A stretch of DNA of 34,357 nt from Candidatus Zixiibacteriota bacterium (GTDB lineage: Bacteria > Zixibacteria > MSB-5A5 > RBG-16-43-9). The stretch is taken from contig JAOUFL010000001.1 in the NCBI GenBank assembly GCA_029858245.1, forward strand, positions 1-34,357. Reading direction: 5' to 3'. The position numbers and the translations under genes were made by a program. Positions 9,356 through 17,842 of this stretch are shown here, piece after piece (the first letter of the stretch is position 1; each line of letters begins with the position of its first letter). The notes under the pieces were generated by a model. The model was not told the origin of the DNA, ran no database searches, and saw only the letters and a list, made by a program, of their open reading frames with translations.

Positions 9356-10288
9356 TTAGCTTCTGGTTAAAAGTCTAAAGATCTGCTCAAGTGATGCCTG
9401 TTCTCTTCTCATTTCCAGAATAGTCCAGTTATTCTGAACCGAGTAATTGAAAAGTTTTTCTCTCAAATCCACACCTTTGTCAGATTCGATATAAAAACCT
9501 CTGGTTTCTACTGAAGGTGTGGCAACTTTTTCCACTTTTTCCACCTGTTCTAACATTTTCAACTTACTCTCTATATTTTCAACTGTTTTTTTTAACTCCA
9601 GATAAATCCTCTCCTTCCCCTCAAATCCGCTCTGCAACTCCTTAGGGGTTCCATCAGCTACGATCTTTCCTTCATGAATTATCAATACCCTCCCACAGGT
9701 AGCTTCAACCTCCGGAAGTATATGCGTGGATAAAATAACCGTTTTTTCCCTTCCCAGCTGTTTTATCAGATTCCTTATCTCCACTATCTGGTTGGGATCA
9801 AGCCCGATGGTAGGCTCATCCAGAATAAGGATCTCCGGGTTATGTATCATCGCCTGGGCTAAACCGACTCTTTGCCTGAATCCTTTGGAAAGCTCCCCGA
9901 TATCCTTGTGCGTAACCGAACCCAAGCCGCAAAGGTCTATTATATCTTTCTTCCTCTGGCTGAAATTATCCTTACCCACACCCCGCAGACCCATGATGAA
10001 CTCCAGATATTCCACAACATTCATCTCCCAGTAAAGAGGAGCATTCTCAGGAAGGTAGCCTATTTTACCCCTGATCTCTAAGGAATTGTCAAAGATATTT
10101 AAATCATCCACTTCTACGGTTCCCGAGGTAGGCGGCATAAAACAGGTGATAATCCGCATGGTGGTTGTTTTGCCTGCTGCATTAGGACCAAGAAAACCAA
10201 CTATCTCTCCGGTTTTCACCTCAAAGGAGATATCATCAACTGCCTTTAACTCTCCATAATTTTTGGTAAGGTTTTTTACTCTAATCAT
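9356..10288 (-). CDS. gldA: ABC transporter ATP-binding protein, GldA-like
   Basis: Walker A GPNAAGKT, signature LSKGFRQR, Walker B ILILDEPT and H-loop STHIL, plus a C-terminal extension of about 90 aa. Confidence 0.85.
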   Translation of the reverse strand: MIRVKNLTKNYGELKAVDDISFEVKTGEIVGFLGPNAAGKTTTMRIITCFMPPTSGTVEVDDLNIFDNSLEIRGKIGYLPENAPLYWEMNVVEYLEFIMGLRGVGKDNFSQRKKDIIDLCGLGSVTHKDIGELSKGFRQRVGLAQAMIHNPEILILDEPTIGLDPNQIVEIRNLIKQLGREKTVILSTHILPEVEATCGRVLIIHEGKIVADGTPKELQSGFEGKERIYLELKKTVENIESKLKMLEQVEKVEKVATPSVETRGFYIESDKGVDLREKLFNYSVQNNWTILEMRREQASLEQIFRLLTRS

Positions 10289-10602
10289 GTGTGTCGACTA
10301 AACCGTTTTTTCCTCCCTCTTAATGGAAGCTAATTTACACCAAACAAATAAAAAATCAATAGTAAAATCTTGCTGCTCCTTATAACTAAAGTTCCCGGTA
10401 CTTTTAGGTGTTTCTTCAGCAACATTCTAACTCACCAGACCAGATTAATATCTGATTTACGCAAAATAAAATTAGTTGCTTGTTGATTTATAAAATAATT
10501 GAACCAAAATTAAATTCTTGCTTTAACTACACCAATGCCTTAAGAAAATGTCCAGCATACTAATTAGGCTATGAACACAATTGATTTAAATGGTAGATGT
10601 CT

Positions 10603-12075
10603 TTACCGTGTAAGAAGCTTTTCAATTTTTTCTGATACCATCCCGGCAGCCTGATCGTAATTAGCCATCACTGCCACTGTATAACCGCTGTCCAGGTACA
10701 TATCCAGATTTGCATTGATACCTGGTGCTCCTCCGCCATGACCGATAATACGCTGCCCGTTTACCTTTCGGTCCTGAAAAAGATAAGCATACATAACTCC
10801 AGGTCCTCTCTGCGTCTTACCCGTAGTCAGTATATCAAAGTACTTTTTGCTGATAAGCTTATTGTTACGCAGAGCAGTATCGAATCTCCACAAGTCTTCG
10901 ACTGTGGAGTAGCCACCTCCTGCCGGACCTCCTTTGATCGCATGCATGAAAAGATTATTACGCCATTCGCCACCAGGATTGGGTGTGCCATCATAGTTTA
11001 CCCTGGTATAGCCGATAGCCAGATTGGGCACATCCAAATCCACCTCATAGCAATCGCTATTGTTCATCCCGGCTGGCTTATAGATATGTTCCCGCACGTA
11101 ATCATAATAGTCCTGCCCGGTGACCTTTTCTATAATCATACCTAAAACGATGGGACCGGAATTGCTGTAATGAAAATCTGTGCCCGGCTCAAAAAGCAGG
11201 GTATCACCGAAGACCAAATCTGCGTATTGGCTTACGGTTTTAATTTCCCACCAGTGGGAATCAAACATCTCCTCCCAGTAATCCTGCATTCCAGAAGTGT
11301 GGGTCAAAAGATGATGAATGGTCACTTTTTCAGCGATCTCTTTGCGGGGAAGCTCTGGCAGATATTTACCAATAGTGTCATTTAAAGAAATTTTCCCCTG
11401 CTCTACCAGTTGCATAATAGCCACTCCGGTAAACATCTTGTTCATCGAGCCTAAGTTGAATTTAGTATCGAGCTTATTGGGAACATTATACCTTTTGCAA
11501 GCCAATCCATATACTCGGGTATAGAATGGTTTTCCATCTTTGGCAATCAGAACTGTACCGGAAAAACGGTCTTTGGAAACCAGGTGTTCTAAATAACGAT
11601 CAAGAAAATCGGTAATCTGCTTTTCCGTCAGGATACCTTCAGGAACCTCAAACCCGGGCTCCTCTCCCGGTTTAGCAGACAAAAGCTCCAGCTTATGTGG
11701 AGGTAGAGTATCAATCTGTAAAGTCAATAGCAGCCATTCATCAAGACCAGTGGGCTTTTTAGCCTGAAGCAGAACAGAGATGTTATAATCCTCTGAATTT
11801 TCAATCCGATGAAGAATTAAACCGTCTGTATCCGAATAGACCTGTTTAAAAAATCCAAGCCGGCGTTCAAACATCCCCTCTCTTTCCTTCCAGTGGTCAC
11901 GAATAAAATTTTTCCACTGCTCCTCATCTCCTGAATTAAATGCATTCAAAAGATAAGTCAGTATTTTACCTGAAGTCGTCTTTGGAATCTCAGGTAATTG
12001 TTGAGCTTCAGTGGAAATGATTAAAGCAACTATCGAGAGCACGAAAATAATAACCCTGAGTTGCAGCTTGTGCAT
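10603..12075 (-). CDS. Secreted serine hydrolase of the beta-lactamase/transpeptidase-like (class C/esterase) family with an extra N-terminal domain
   Basis: AGGAGG RBS and a signal peptide. SxxK (GSMNKMF), YxN (HYSNSG) and HGG (IGHGGGAPG) motifs are in the correct order. About 140 additional residues lie at the N-terminus. Confidence 0.8.
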   Translation of the reverse strand: MHKLQLRVIIFVLSIVALIISTEAQQLPEIPKTTSGKILTYLLNAFNSGDEEQWKNFIRDHWKEREGMFERRLGFFKQVYSDTDGLILHRIENSEDYNISVLLQAKKPTGLDEWLLLTLQIDTLPPHKLELLSAKPGEEPGFEVPEGILTEKQITDFLDRYLEHLVSKDRFSGTVLIAKDGKPFYTRVYGLACKRYNVPNKLDTKFNLGSMNKMFTGVAIMQLVEQGKISLNDTIGKYLPELPRKEIAEKVTIHHLLTHTSGMQDYWEEMFDSHWWEIKTVSQYADLVFGDTLLFEPGTDFHYSNSGPIVLGMIIEKVTGQDYYDYVREHIYKPAGMNNSDCYEVDLDVPNLAIGYTRVNYDGTPNPGGEWRNNLFMHAIKGGPAGGGYSTVEDLWRFDTALRNNKLISKKYFDILTTGKTQRGPGVMYAYLFQDRKVNGQRIIGHGGGAPGINANLDMYLDSGYTVAVMANYDQAAGMVSEKIEKLLTR

Positions 12076-12378
12076 ATTTCCTCCTTTAACATCACGTTAT
12101 TTGACCTTCCAGGGCAAATTTCGACCCTGTTAATAATTAGTTACACCGATAAAATAGCTAAAGTTCCAGAATTGTAAACTTTTTTTGCAGCCTTTGAATA
12201 TTTTTTAAATATCAAATATGGCTGTTTTTATTAAAAATGTAGAGGTACACTATCGTAGGTATCGCTACTTACCCTTAACTCACATTAGCCTTTCCCTTAG
12301 AGCGTGATTAAGATAAAGATTTAGGTTAATTGAGATTAAGACTATCTTATATTTCAAAGCAAAAAACAAAATTTTCCC

Positions 12379-12408
12379 TTGACAAAAAAAATTATCTTAT
12401 TTTATTAA
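12379..12408 (+). promoter_or_regulatory. Putative sigma70-type promoter of the ABC-2 exporter leader
   Basis: TTGACA (12379-12384), 18-nt spacer, TATTAA (12403-12408). Confidence 0.4.
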
Positions 12409-12443
12409 AATTTAATCATAGCCTTTTGTTGGAGGTGGATAGA

Positions 12444-12518
12444 ATGAGAATGAGGATTAATTTAAATTTTTGCACAGGGAGCATTCTGTCCATTCTTATG
12501 GGCAAAAGGCTGAAATGA
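12444..12518 (+). CDS. Candidate 24-codon leader peptide (MRMRINLNFCTGSILSILMGKRLK)
   Basis: The ATG at 12444 is preceded by the strong SD GGAGGTGG (12431-12438). The ORF lies entirely inside the structured leader and stops at the edge of the 9-bp helix. It is in frame with, and the only credible part of, track ORF 12330..12518. Confidence 0.35.
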   Translation: MRMRINLNFCTGSILSILMGKRLK

Positions 12519-12543
12519 GATAGGCAAACAAAAGGTTAATCAG

Positions 12544-12578
12544 AACCGTGGCTTATCCAGAGTAAGTCACGGTTTTTT
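12544..12578 (+). terminator. Intrinsic terminator 24 nt upstream of the ABC ATPase start codon
   Basis: AACCGTG(12544-12550)...CACGGTT(12568-12574) with inner CTTA/TAAG pairs, followed by T6 (12573-12578). Confidence 0.7.
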
Positions 12579-12602
12579 AATTATATTTTAGGGATTCCAG
12601 AA

Positions 12603-13622
12603 ATGAGTTACGCCGTAGAAACAAAAGATTTAACCCGGACTTTCAAAAAGGGTAAAAAGAAAAACAATACAAATTCTAAAACATCAAACCTGATAATGGC
12701 ACTGGATAATGTGAATGTTACCATTAATTCTGGAGAGCTGTTCGGGGTTTTAGGTCCAAATGGTGCGGGGAAAACCACTCTTATTAAGATACTGGCTACT
12801 TTACTCCTGCCAACATCTGGTTCTGCGCTGGTGGATGATATCGACGTGGTAAAATACCCGGAGAAGGTCAGGAAAAAGATAAACATGGTTTCAGGTGGAG
12901 AACATTCCGGATATGGTATTTTAACCGTAAAGGAAAATCTATGGATGTTTTCCCAGCTTTATGGTATCTCGAACAAGATAGCCAAACAGAGAATCGATGA
13001 GTTACTGAAACTTCTGGGTATGGAGGATTACGCTAAACTAAAAATCTCCAAGCTTTCAACCGGTATGAGGCAGAAGATGAATATTATCCGCGGATTTGTC
13101 TGCGACCCGCAGATACTTTTTTTGGATGAGCCCACGCTCGGTTTAGATGTTCAGATATCCAGGGAGGTCAGAAGATATATAAAAACCTGGGTAAGGGAAA
13201 ACGATGAGAAGACCGTTCTTCTAACCACTCACTATATGGCAGAGGCAGATGAACTTTGCGATAGAGTAGCCATAATCGATAACGGGAAGGTTTTAGCCTG
13301 TGATTCTCCAGCTAATCTGAAAAAATCTTTAAAGCAGGATGCTGTTTATCATATCGAGGTGAATTTGATGCTGGACAATCTGGAGAGTTTCGATCAAATA
13401 CCCGGCGTAAAAAAATTCGCATATGAGCATAAAACTCAAACTGGCAGGACTTTTTTAATGTTCATTCTGGAGAACGATTGCTATATCTCCGGCATAACCG
13501 AAGTAATAAGCAACAACAGCTCGCAGATACTGAGTTTATCTAAAGCAGAGCCAAGCCTGGAGGATGTTTTCGTATCCTTATGTGGAAAGGCCTTAGAGGA
13601 TGAAAACCGAACTCAAAACTAA
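12603..13622 (+). CDS. ABC transporter ATP-binding protein (DrrA/ABC-2 exporter type)
   Basis: Walker A GPNGAGKT, signature LSTGMRQK, Walker B LFLDEPTLGLD and H-loop TTHYM. A Lys/Asn-rich insertion (KKGKKKNNTNSKTSN) follows the first strand, and there is a C-terminal extension of about 100 aa. Confidence 0.9.
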   Translation: MSYAVETKDLTRTFKKGKKKNNTNSKTSNLIMALDNVNVTINSGELFGVLGPNGAGKTTLIKILATLLLPTSGSALVDDIDVVKYPEKVRKKINMVSGGEHSGYGILTVKENLWMFSQLYGISNKIAKQRIDELLKLLGMEDYAKLKISKLSTGMRQKMNIIRGFVCDPQILFLDEPTLGLDVQISREVRRYIKTWVRENDEKTVLLTTHYMAEADELCDRVAIIDNGKVLACDSPANLKKSLKQDAVYHIEVNLMLDNLESFDQIPGVKKFAYEHKTQTGRTFLMFILENDCYISGITEVISNNSSQILSLSKAEPSLEDVFVSLCGKALEDENRTQN

Positions 13623-14418
13623 CCTTAAAGCCATCCTGGGACGTGGATATGTCAGATTAGTCGGTGCCCACAGGGAGCCAAGCTGGGTCATTACTGAAAC
13701 TCTCTTACCTCTTCTTACCACGGCTGCTTTCGTCTATGTTTACAAGGCGTTAAAAGCACCTGAGGAATTCACCGGTTTTGTCGTTCTGGGTGGGGCTATG
13801 ACTGCATACTGGATGAACGTCTTATGGTCTATGGCTGCCCAGTTCTACTGGGAAAAGGAGACCGGGAATTTAGAGATTTATATGGTTGCACCCATCTCCA
13901 GGATGGCCATCCTTTTCGGGATGGCATTTGGTGGATTTTATATGGCAAGCACCCGTGCGGTTTTCGTTTTCCTGATTGGAAGCCTTATTTTCAAGGTTAA
14001 TTTTGTTCTGATAAGCTGGGAAAAGCTGATTTTGTTATTTTTGCTAACCCAGATCTCACTTTATGGTTTGGGGATGGTTTTTTCTTCTTTGTTTATGCTC
14101 TTTGGCAGAGAAGCCTGGCACACCACTAATCTTTTTCAGGAACCGGTTTACCTGTTATCCGGTTTTTACTTCCCCGTAAAGAGTTTGGGACTAACAGCTG
14201 GAATGATCGCCTCTCTAATTCCGCTAACTTTAGGTTTAGATGGAATGAGGCAGTTGGCTTTCAAAGGTGGAAGCGAGTTTGGACTTTTAGATGTTAACTT
14301 GGAAATTGGTGGCTTGGTCTTATTATCCATATTTTTTCTTTTTGCATCCCATTATGCCCTGAAGTATATGGAGTATTTGGGAAAAAAAGAGGGAAGATTA
14401 ACTATGAGGTGGCAATAG
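13600..14418 (+). CDS. ABC-2 type transporter permease (permease 1)
   Basis: 272 aa and polytopic. It overlaps the ATPase gene by 23 nt. The C-terminal tail YMEYLGKKEGRL parallels the tail of permease 2. Confidence 0.8.
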   Translation: MKTELKTNLKAILGRGYVRLVGAHREPSWVITETLLPLLTTAAFVYVYKALKAPEEFTGFVVLGGAMTAYWMNVLWSMAAQFYWEKETGNLEIYMVAPISRMAILFGMAFGGFYMASTRAVFVFLIGSLIFKVNFVLISWEKLILLFLLTQISLYGLGMVFSSLFMLFGREAWHTTNLFQEPVYLLSGFYFPVKSLGLTAGMIASLIPLTLGLDGMRQLAFKGGSEFGLLDVNLEIGGLVLLSIFFLFASHYALKYMEYLGKKEGRLTMRWQ

Positions 14419-14523
14419 AATGTCGAAACGCATTGCATGTGTCTCTGACAAGCGTAGTGCAAATTTTCAGGTTTCCTAAAAGGGAAAGAAAAACTAAAAC
14501 TATGCATTCAATGATAAAATCTT

Positions 14524-15294
14524 ATGAAAAATGATTTCGATGCCTATTCAGATTTCTATGATAAGTGGAATGAGACTTTCACCTCAGACATTCCCTTATG
14601 GTTGGAGTATGCAAAAAAGTGTGGCTCCCCGGTTTTAGAGCTATGCTGCGGAACCGGCCGAATTCTTATACCTCTGGCTAAGGAGGGAATAGAGATTTCA
14701 GGACTCGATGTCTCTAAGAAAATGTTGGATAAAGCCAAGGAGAAAATGAAAAAAGAGGCTACGGATGTTAGAAAAAGGGTGACTTTACACCAGGCAGATA
14801 TGAGAAATTTCAACCTTAAAAAAAAGTTTCATTTAATCTTTATCCCCTACAACTCCTTTCAGGTCCTTTTATCCATAGAGGAGCAGAATGGATGTTTGAA
14901 TTCAGCTTATAAACATCTCACCGCTCAGGGAAAATTAATGATAAGCATATTTCACCCAGACCTTAGCAGGGCAGAGGGTGTGCTGAGGAGCGAAGGAGAT
15001 ATTTTAAAGGATTACCCTCAATCAGGTGATATGACCCAGATATATTCAAATCAATTTTATGACAAAGCAAAACAGATTATAAAAGTCAGGTTCTTTGTGG
15101 ATACCAATAAGTCAGATGGCAAATTCTTCCGAAAGACTATCGATTTGAAGATGAGATACTTTTTCCCGGCTGAGTTCGATAGGATACTTTACTCCAATGG
15201 ATTTGAGACTGAGGAGCTTTTCGGAGATTATGATAAGTCACCTTTGAAGAACACAAGCCCTTTTATGATTTTCGTGGCGAAGAAAAGAAGTTGA
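14524..15294 (+). CDS. Class I SAM-dependent methyltransferase (small-molecule type) inserted between the two permease genes
   Basis: Motif I VLELCCGTGR, ISGLDVS, HQADMRNF and AQGKLMI. Same subfamily architecture as the 3921..4682 protein. Confidence 0.75.
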   Translation: MKNDFDAYSDFYDKWNETFTSDIPLWLEYAKKCGSPVLELCCGTGRILIPLAKEGIEISGLDVSKKMLDKAKEKMKKEATDVRKRVTLHQADMRNFNLKKKFHLIFIPYNSFQVLLSIEEQNGCLNSAYKHLTAQGKLMISIFHPDLSRAEGVLRSEGDILKDYPQSGDMTQIYSNQFYDKAKQIIKVRFFVDTNKSDGKFFRKTIDLKMRYFFPAEFDRILYSNGFETEELFGDYDKSPLKNTSPFMIFVAKKRS

Positions 15295-15310
15295 ATTACA
15301 TTACTATTTC

Positions 15311-15387
15311 CCTGCTTATCCCGAAGTAAGCGGGAGCAGGGATGCAATGTAGGGACAGAACCCGCCTCAGGCGGGTTCTGTCCTTAC
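15311..15387. repeat. Composite hairpin repeat, copy 1
   Basis: CCTGCTTATCCCGAAGTAAGCGGGAGCAG (15311-15339), then GTAGGGACAGAACCCGCC-TCA-GGCGGGTTCTGTCCTTAC (15349-15387; 18-bp stem with one G-U pair). A near-identical composite recurs at 17611-17683. Confidence 0.8.
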
Positions 15388-15477
15388 TTAAAAATATAGC
15401 GGAGGTCTTTAGCCCTCCATTAAAGATAGGAGACTGAAGCTTTATACAACTTATTTTAAAATAATAAAAACAAATTT

Positions 15478-16335
15478 ATGTTCATCCAGAGAATAAAGGA
15501 AAATTTAAAAACTACCCAATTAGCTGGTAAATTAGGCTGGTCTATGGAGGCAAACTGGGCAGATCCTCTTCTTTTTGCCATCTACTCAATAATCCGGCCC
15601 ATTGCCTCGTCTTTGATTTTGGTCTTTATGTATTTAGTGGTAACACGAGGAAAGACCTCTTTTGACCTGTTCGCTTATATCTTTCTGGGCAATGCATTTT
15701 TTATGTACGTGTATAATGTCCTGTTCGGCATTTCCTGGGTAATCCACGAGGACCGGGAGCATTACCAGATGCTGAGGTATATCTATATTTCACCTATAAG
15801 GATGTACTATTACCTTTTCGGGAGAGGGATAGCCAAACTCATTACTACCACCGTAGCGGTAATCATAACCTTAGCCTTTGGTATAATTTTCTTGAAGATA
15901 CCTATTAATTTACTTGAGATAAATTACCCCTTGTTCCTTATAACCCTTTTTGTAGGACTTTTCGTTATAACCTGTCTGGGAATCCTTTTGGCTGGAATAA
16001 CCATGCTAACTGCACATCACAGCTTTGCCTTAACCGAAGGGCTGGGGGGGTTATTTTACCTGGCATGTGGAGCGATTTTCCAGATAGATCTTCTTCCCCG
16101 CTGGCTTCAGTATATATCCAAATCCCTGCCTTTAACCTATTGGTTAGAGCTTTTAAGAAGGACTATTTTAGGAAAAAGCCTGAGCCATACGCTTTCCAGA
16201 TATTCCGATTTAGAGCTTCTTCTGATTATGCTTCTGACTACAGTTCTCTTAGCTTTGGTCTCCAACTATATATATAAATCGATCGAATATATTGCTCGCA
16301 AAACGGGGAAAATCGATCAGGTGATTACCTATTAG
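15478..16335 (+). CDS. ABC-2 type transporter permease (permease 2)
   Basis: 285 aa with about 6 TM helices. It ends ...YKSIEYIARKTGKIDQVITY. Probable heterodimer partner of permease 1. Confidence 0.8.
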   Translation: MFIQRIKENLKTTQLAGKLGWSMEANWADPLLFAIYSIIRPIASSLILVFMYLVVTRGKTSFDLFAYIFLGNAFFMYVYNVLFGISWVIHEDREHYQMLRYIYISPIRMYYYLFGRGIAKLITTTVAVIITLAFGIIFLKIPINLLEINYPLFLITLFVGLFVITCLGILLAGITMLTAHHSFALTEGLGGLFYLACGAIFQIDLLPRWLQYISKSLPLTYWLELLRRTILGKSLSHTLSRYSDLELLLIMLLTTVLLALVSNYIYKSIEYIARKTGKIDQVITY

Positions 16336-16385
16336 TAAATTGGGGATAATCCAACAGGTTGTCCCTTCAGTCAAATTAATTATAT

Positions 16386-17312
16386 ATGGATACCATAACC
16401 CACGCCCTGACTGGAACGACCTTATCAACAGTTTTGAAAAAATTTGACCTCCATGCCGGGAAATGGGTTCTAATTATCTCCTCGGTTATACCGGATCTTG
16501 ATTTCGTCACTCGATATTGGGGCATGGCAAGTTACCTAAACTATCATCGAGGGATCTCTCATTCGTTTATCGGAGTTGCGGTTTCTGCAGTGATGTTGGC
16601 TGCAATTTTCAAGGTTTTCTTCAAAAAATCTCCTTATCCTCTTCTGCTCCTTTTTGGGCTAATCGGAGGATTGATTCATATATTTATGGATTTGACTAAC
16701 TCCTATGGAACACAGATTTTTCTCCCCTTCTCCTCACATCGATATGGTTTTGACTGGGTGATGATTGTGGATCCATATATTTTTGGTCTATTGCTTTTCG
16801 GTCTTGTTTTCATTTTACTTAAAAAAAGCTATTCTTCTCGTATAGCGCTAGCTTCCCTGCTTTTAATTTTCATTTATATAGGATTTAAAGCAGTACTTCA
16901 TCAAAAAGCATTTTCTCTTGTAAAAAAATATAGTTTAGATAATGAGAAAAAGATAAAATTCGGTGCTTATCCATATTTTATTCCCCTCTCCCCTTTTAAA
17001 TGGCTTGGTGTAATTGAAACCAAGAACACTTTTCTTATGGGGGATATAGATCTATTAAAAAGCAGAGAGAAATTTGTTCGCCACGAGAAAATACCTGAAA
17101 CCGAGGTGGTAAAAATCGCAAAGAATAGCAGGACTGCTCAGATCTTCTTGGATTTTGCCAAATACCCTCGTTTAGAGGTTAAGAAAAAGGATGATAAGTG
17201 GGAGATCGTCTGGTATGACCTAGCTTTCAGTTATTTCGATGACAAGAGATTTGTATGTAAAATAGTTCTCTCTGAGGATAACAAGATTTTATCTGAGAGT
17301 TTTAGTTACTGA
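16386..17312 (+). CDS. YdjM/DUF457-like membrane-bound metal-dependent hydrolase with an extra C-terminal soluble domain
   Basis: The N-terminus MDTITHALTG, PDLDF and HRGISHSF resemble the His/Asp-rich DUF457 signature. There are several TM helices, then a C-terminal domain of about 120 aa not typical of the family. Confidence 0.6.
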   Translation: MDTITHALTGTTLSTVLKKFDLHAGKWVLIISSVIPDLDFVTRYWGMASYLNYHRGISHSFIGVAVSAVMLAAIFKVFFKKSPYPLLLLFGLIGGLIHIFMDLTNSYGTQIFLPFSSHRYGFDWVMIVDPYIFGLLLFGLVFILLKKSYSSRIALASLLLIFIYIGFKAVLHQKAFSLVKKYSLDNEKKIKFGAYPYFIPLSPFKWLGVIETKNTFLMGDIDLLKSREKFVRHEKIPETEVVKIAKNSRTAQIFLDFAKYPRLEVKKKDDKWEIVWYDLAFSYFDDKRFVCKIVLSEDNKILSESFSY

Positions 17313-17321
17313 TCCCGCTAT

Positions 17322-17387
17322 ATCGATAAATCCGTTGAATATATCACCCGTGAAAAGGGGAAAATCGATCAGGTGATTAATTATTAA
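17322..17387 (+). pseudogene. Remnant of the 3' end of a paralogous ABC-2 permease gene
   Basis: It translates to IDKSVEYITREKGKIDQVINY-stop, compared with the permease 2 C-terminus KSIEYIARKTGKIDQVITY-stop. The 23-nt run GGGGAAAATCGATCAGGTGATTA is identical to 16306-16328. No upstream ORF body exists. Confidence 0.7.
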
Positions 17388-17462
17388 ATCGTAGGGGCAA
17401 GGTTTCCTCGCCCTATGTGTGGTCAGGGCATTTATACAGCCTGTATATAACAATAGAAGATT

Positions 17463-17507
17463 GTAGGGGTTCATCCGCCTCAGGCGGATTATACCCCTAC
17501 TTTTTTT
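17463..17507 (+). terminator. Probable intrinsic terminator of the + strand exporter/hydrolase operon (also a repeat-family member)
   Basis: GTAGGGGT..ATCCGCC-TCA-GGCGGAT..ACCCCTAC (17463-17500) followed by T7 (17501-17507). Confidence 0.6.
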
Positions 17508-17610
17508 GGTGGAACAGACCACTGGTTTGTTCTGGACAGGCTGGAAGTCTGTCCCACCAAGTGGGTAGGGGCGACCTGGTGGGTCGCCTTCACAATCATC
17601 ATAGTGCGGC

Positions 17611-17683
17611 CCTGCTTGTCCCGAAGTAAGCGGGATCAGTCTCGCCAAAGTTAAATGGACAGAACCCGCTTGTGGTGGGTTCT
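17611..17683. repeat. Composite hairpin repeat, copy 2 (direct orientation, 2300 bp from copy 1)
   Basis: CCTGCTTGTCCCGAAGTAAGCGGGATCAG (17611-17639; 27/29 identical to 15311-15339), then GGACAGAACCCGC..GGGTTCT (17657-17683), matching 15353-15379 except in the loop. Confidence 0.8.
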
Positions 17684-17842
17684 ACCCGCCTGCAAGAAAA
17701 AAATGGAAGGCTAGCTCGGGCGGGAAATCCAATTCCCGCACGAACAGAAAATTTTGACCCTCTACCTTAACAGGTGGAACAGGCATCTTGCCTGTTCCCT
17801 TAACCCGGAGAATACGGGAGAGGACAAACCTCTCCCTTCCAC

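Larger units (their letters stand above)
12420..12578 (+). promoter_or_regulatory. Structured 5' leader with mutually exclusive pairings (attenuator or unknown riboswitch candidate)
   Basis: AGCCTTTTG (12420-12428) pairs with CAAAAGGCT (12503-12511). The same 5' strand CCTTTTGTT (12422-12430) can instead pair with AACAAAAGG (12527-12535). GGTT (12534-12537) can pair with AACC (12544-12547), which is the 5' arm of the terminator. Confidence 0.4.
17391..17842. repeat. Array of about 9 different GC-rich palindromic units (REP/BIME-like mosaic)
   Basis: Units at 17392-17415, 17463-17500, 17508-17558 (GGTGG + 2 hairpins + CCACC), 17568-17590 (GGCGACC/GGTCGCC), 17611-17639, 17657-17683, 17720-17739 (GCGGGAA/TTCCCGC) and 17773-17842 (GGTGG + 2 hairpins + CCAC). 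Confidence 0.8.

Noticed and set aside
10603-12075. A beta-lactamase resistance gene
   Set aside because: The SxxK/YxN/HGG motifs only place it in the broad serine hydrolase (PBP/esterase) family. An extra N-terminal domain and the chromosomal context argue for a generic hydrolase, and nothing supports a true beta-lactamase.
12330-12518. 62-aa ORF as a genuine protein
   Set aside because: Its 5' two-thirds overlaps the promoter region and is AT-rich low-complexity sequence. Only the last 24 codons, behind a strong SD, are plausible, and then only as a regulatory leader peptide.
17289-17648. 119-aa minus-strand ORF, together with the 17417..17629 (+) and 17754..17966 (+) ORFs in the long spacer
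   Set aside because: They are read straight through back-to-back GC-rich palindromic repeats, which gives Pro/Gly/Arg-rich low-complexity text. They have no RBS and overlap the ydjM-like 3' end or the skp terminator. They are almost certainly artefacts of the repeats.
17391-17842. Possible CRISPR array (also considered for 29714..29864)
   Set aside because: The repeated units are palindromes of differing sequence and length, with no constant direct repeat or regular spacer periodicity. No cas genes are present.
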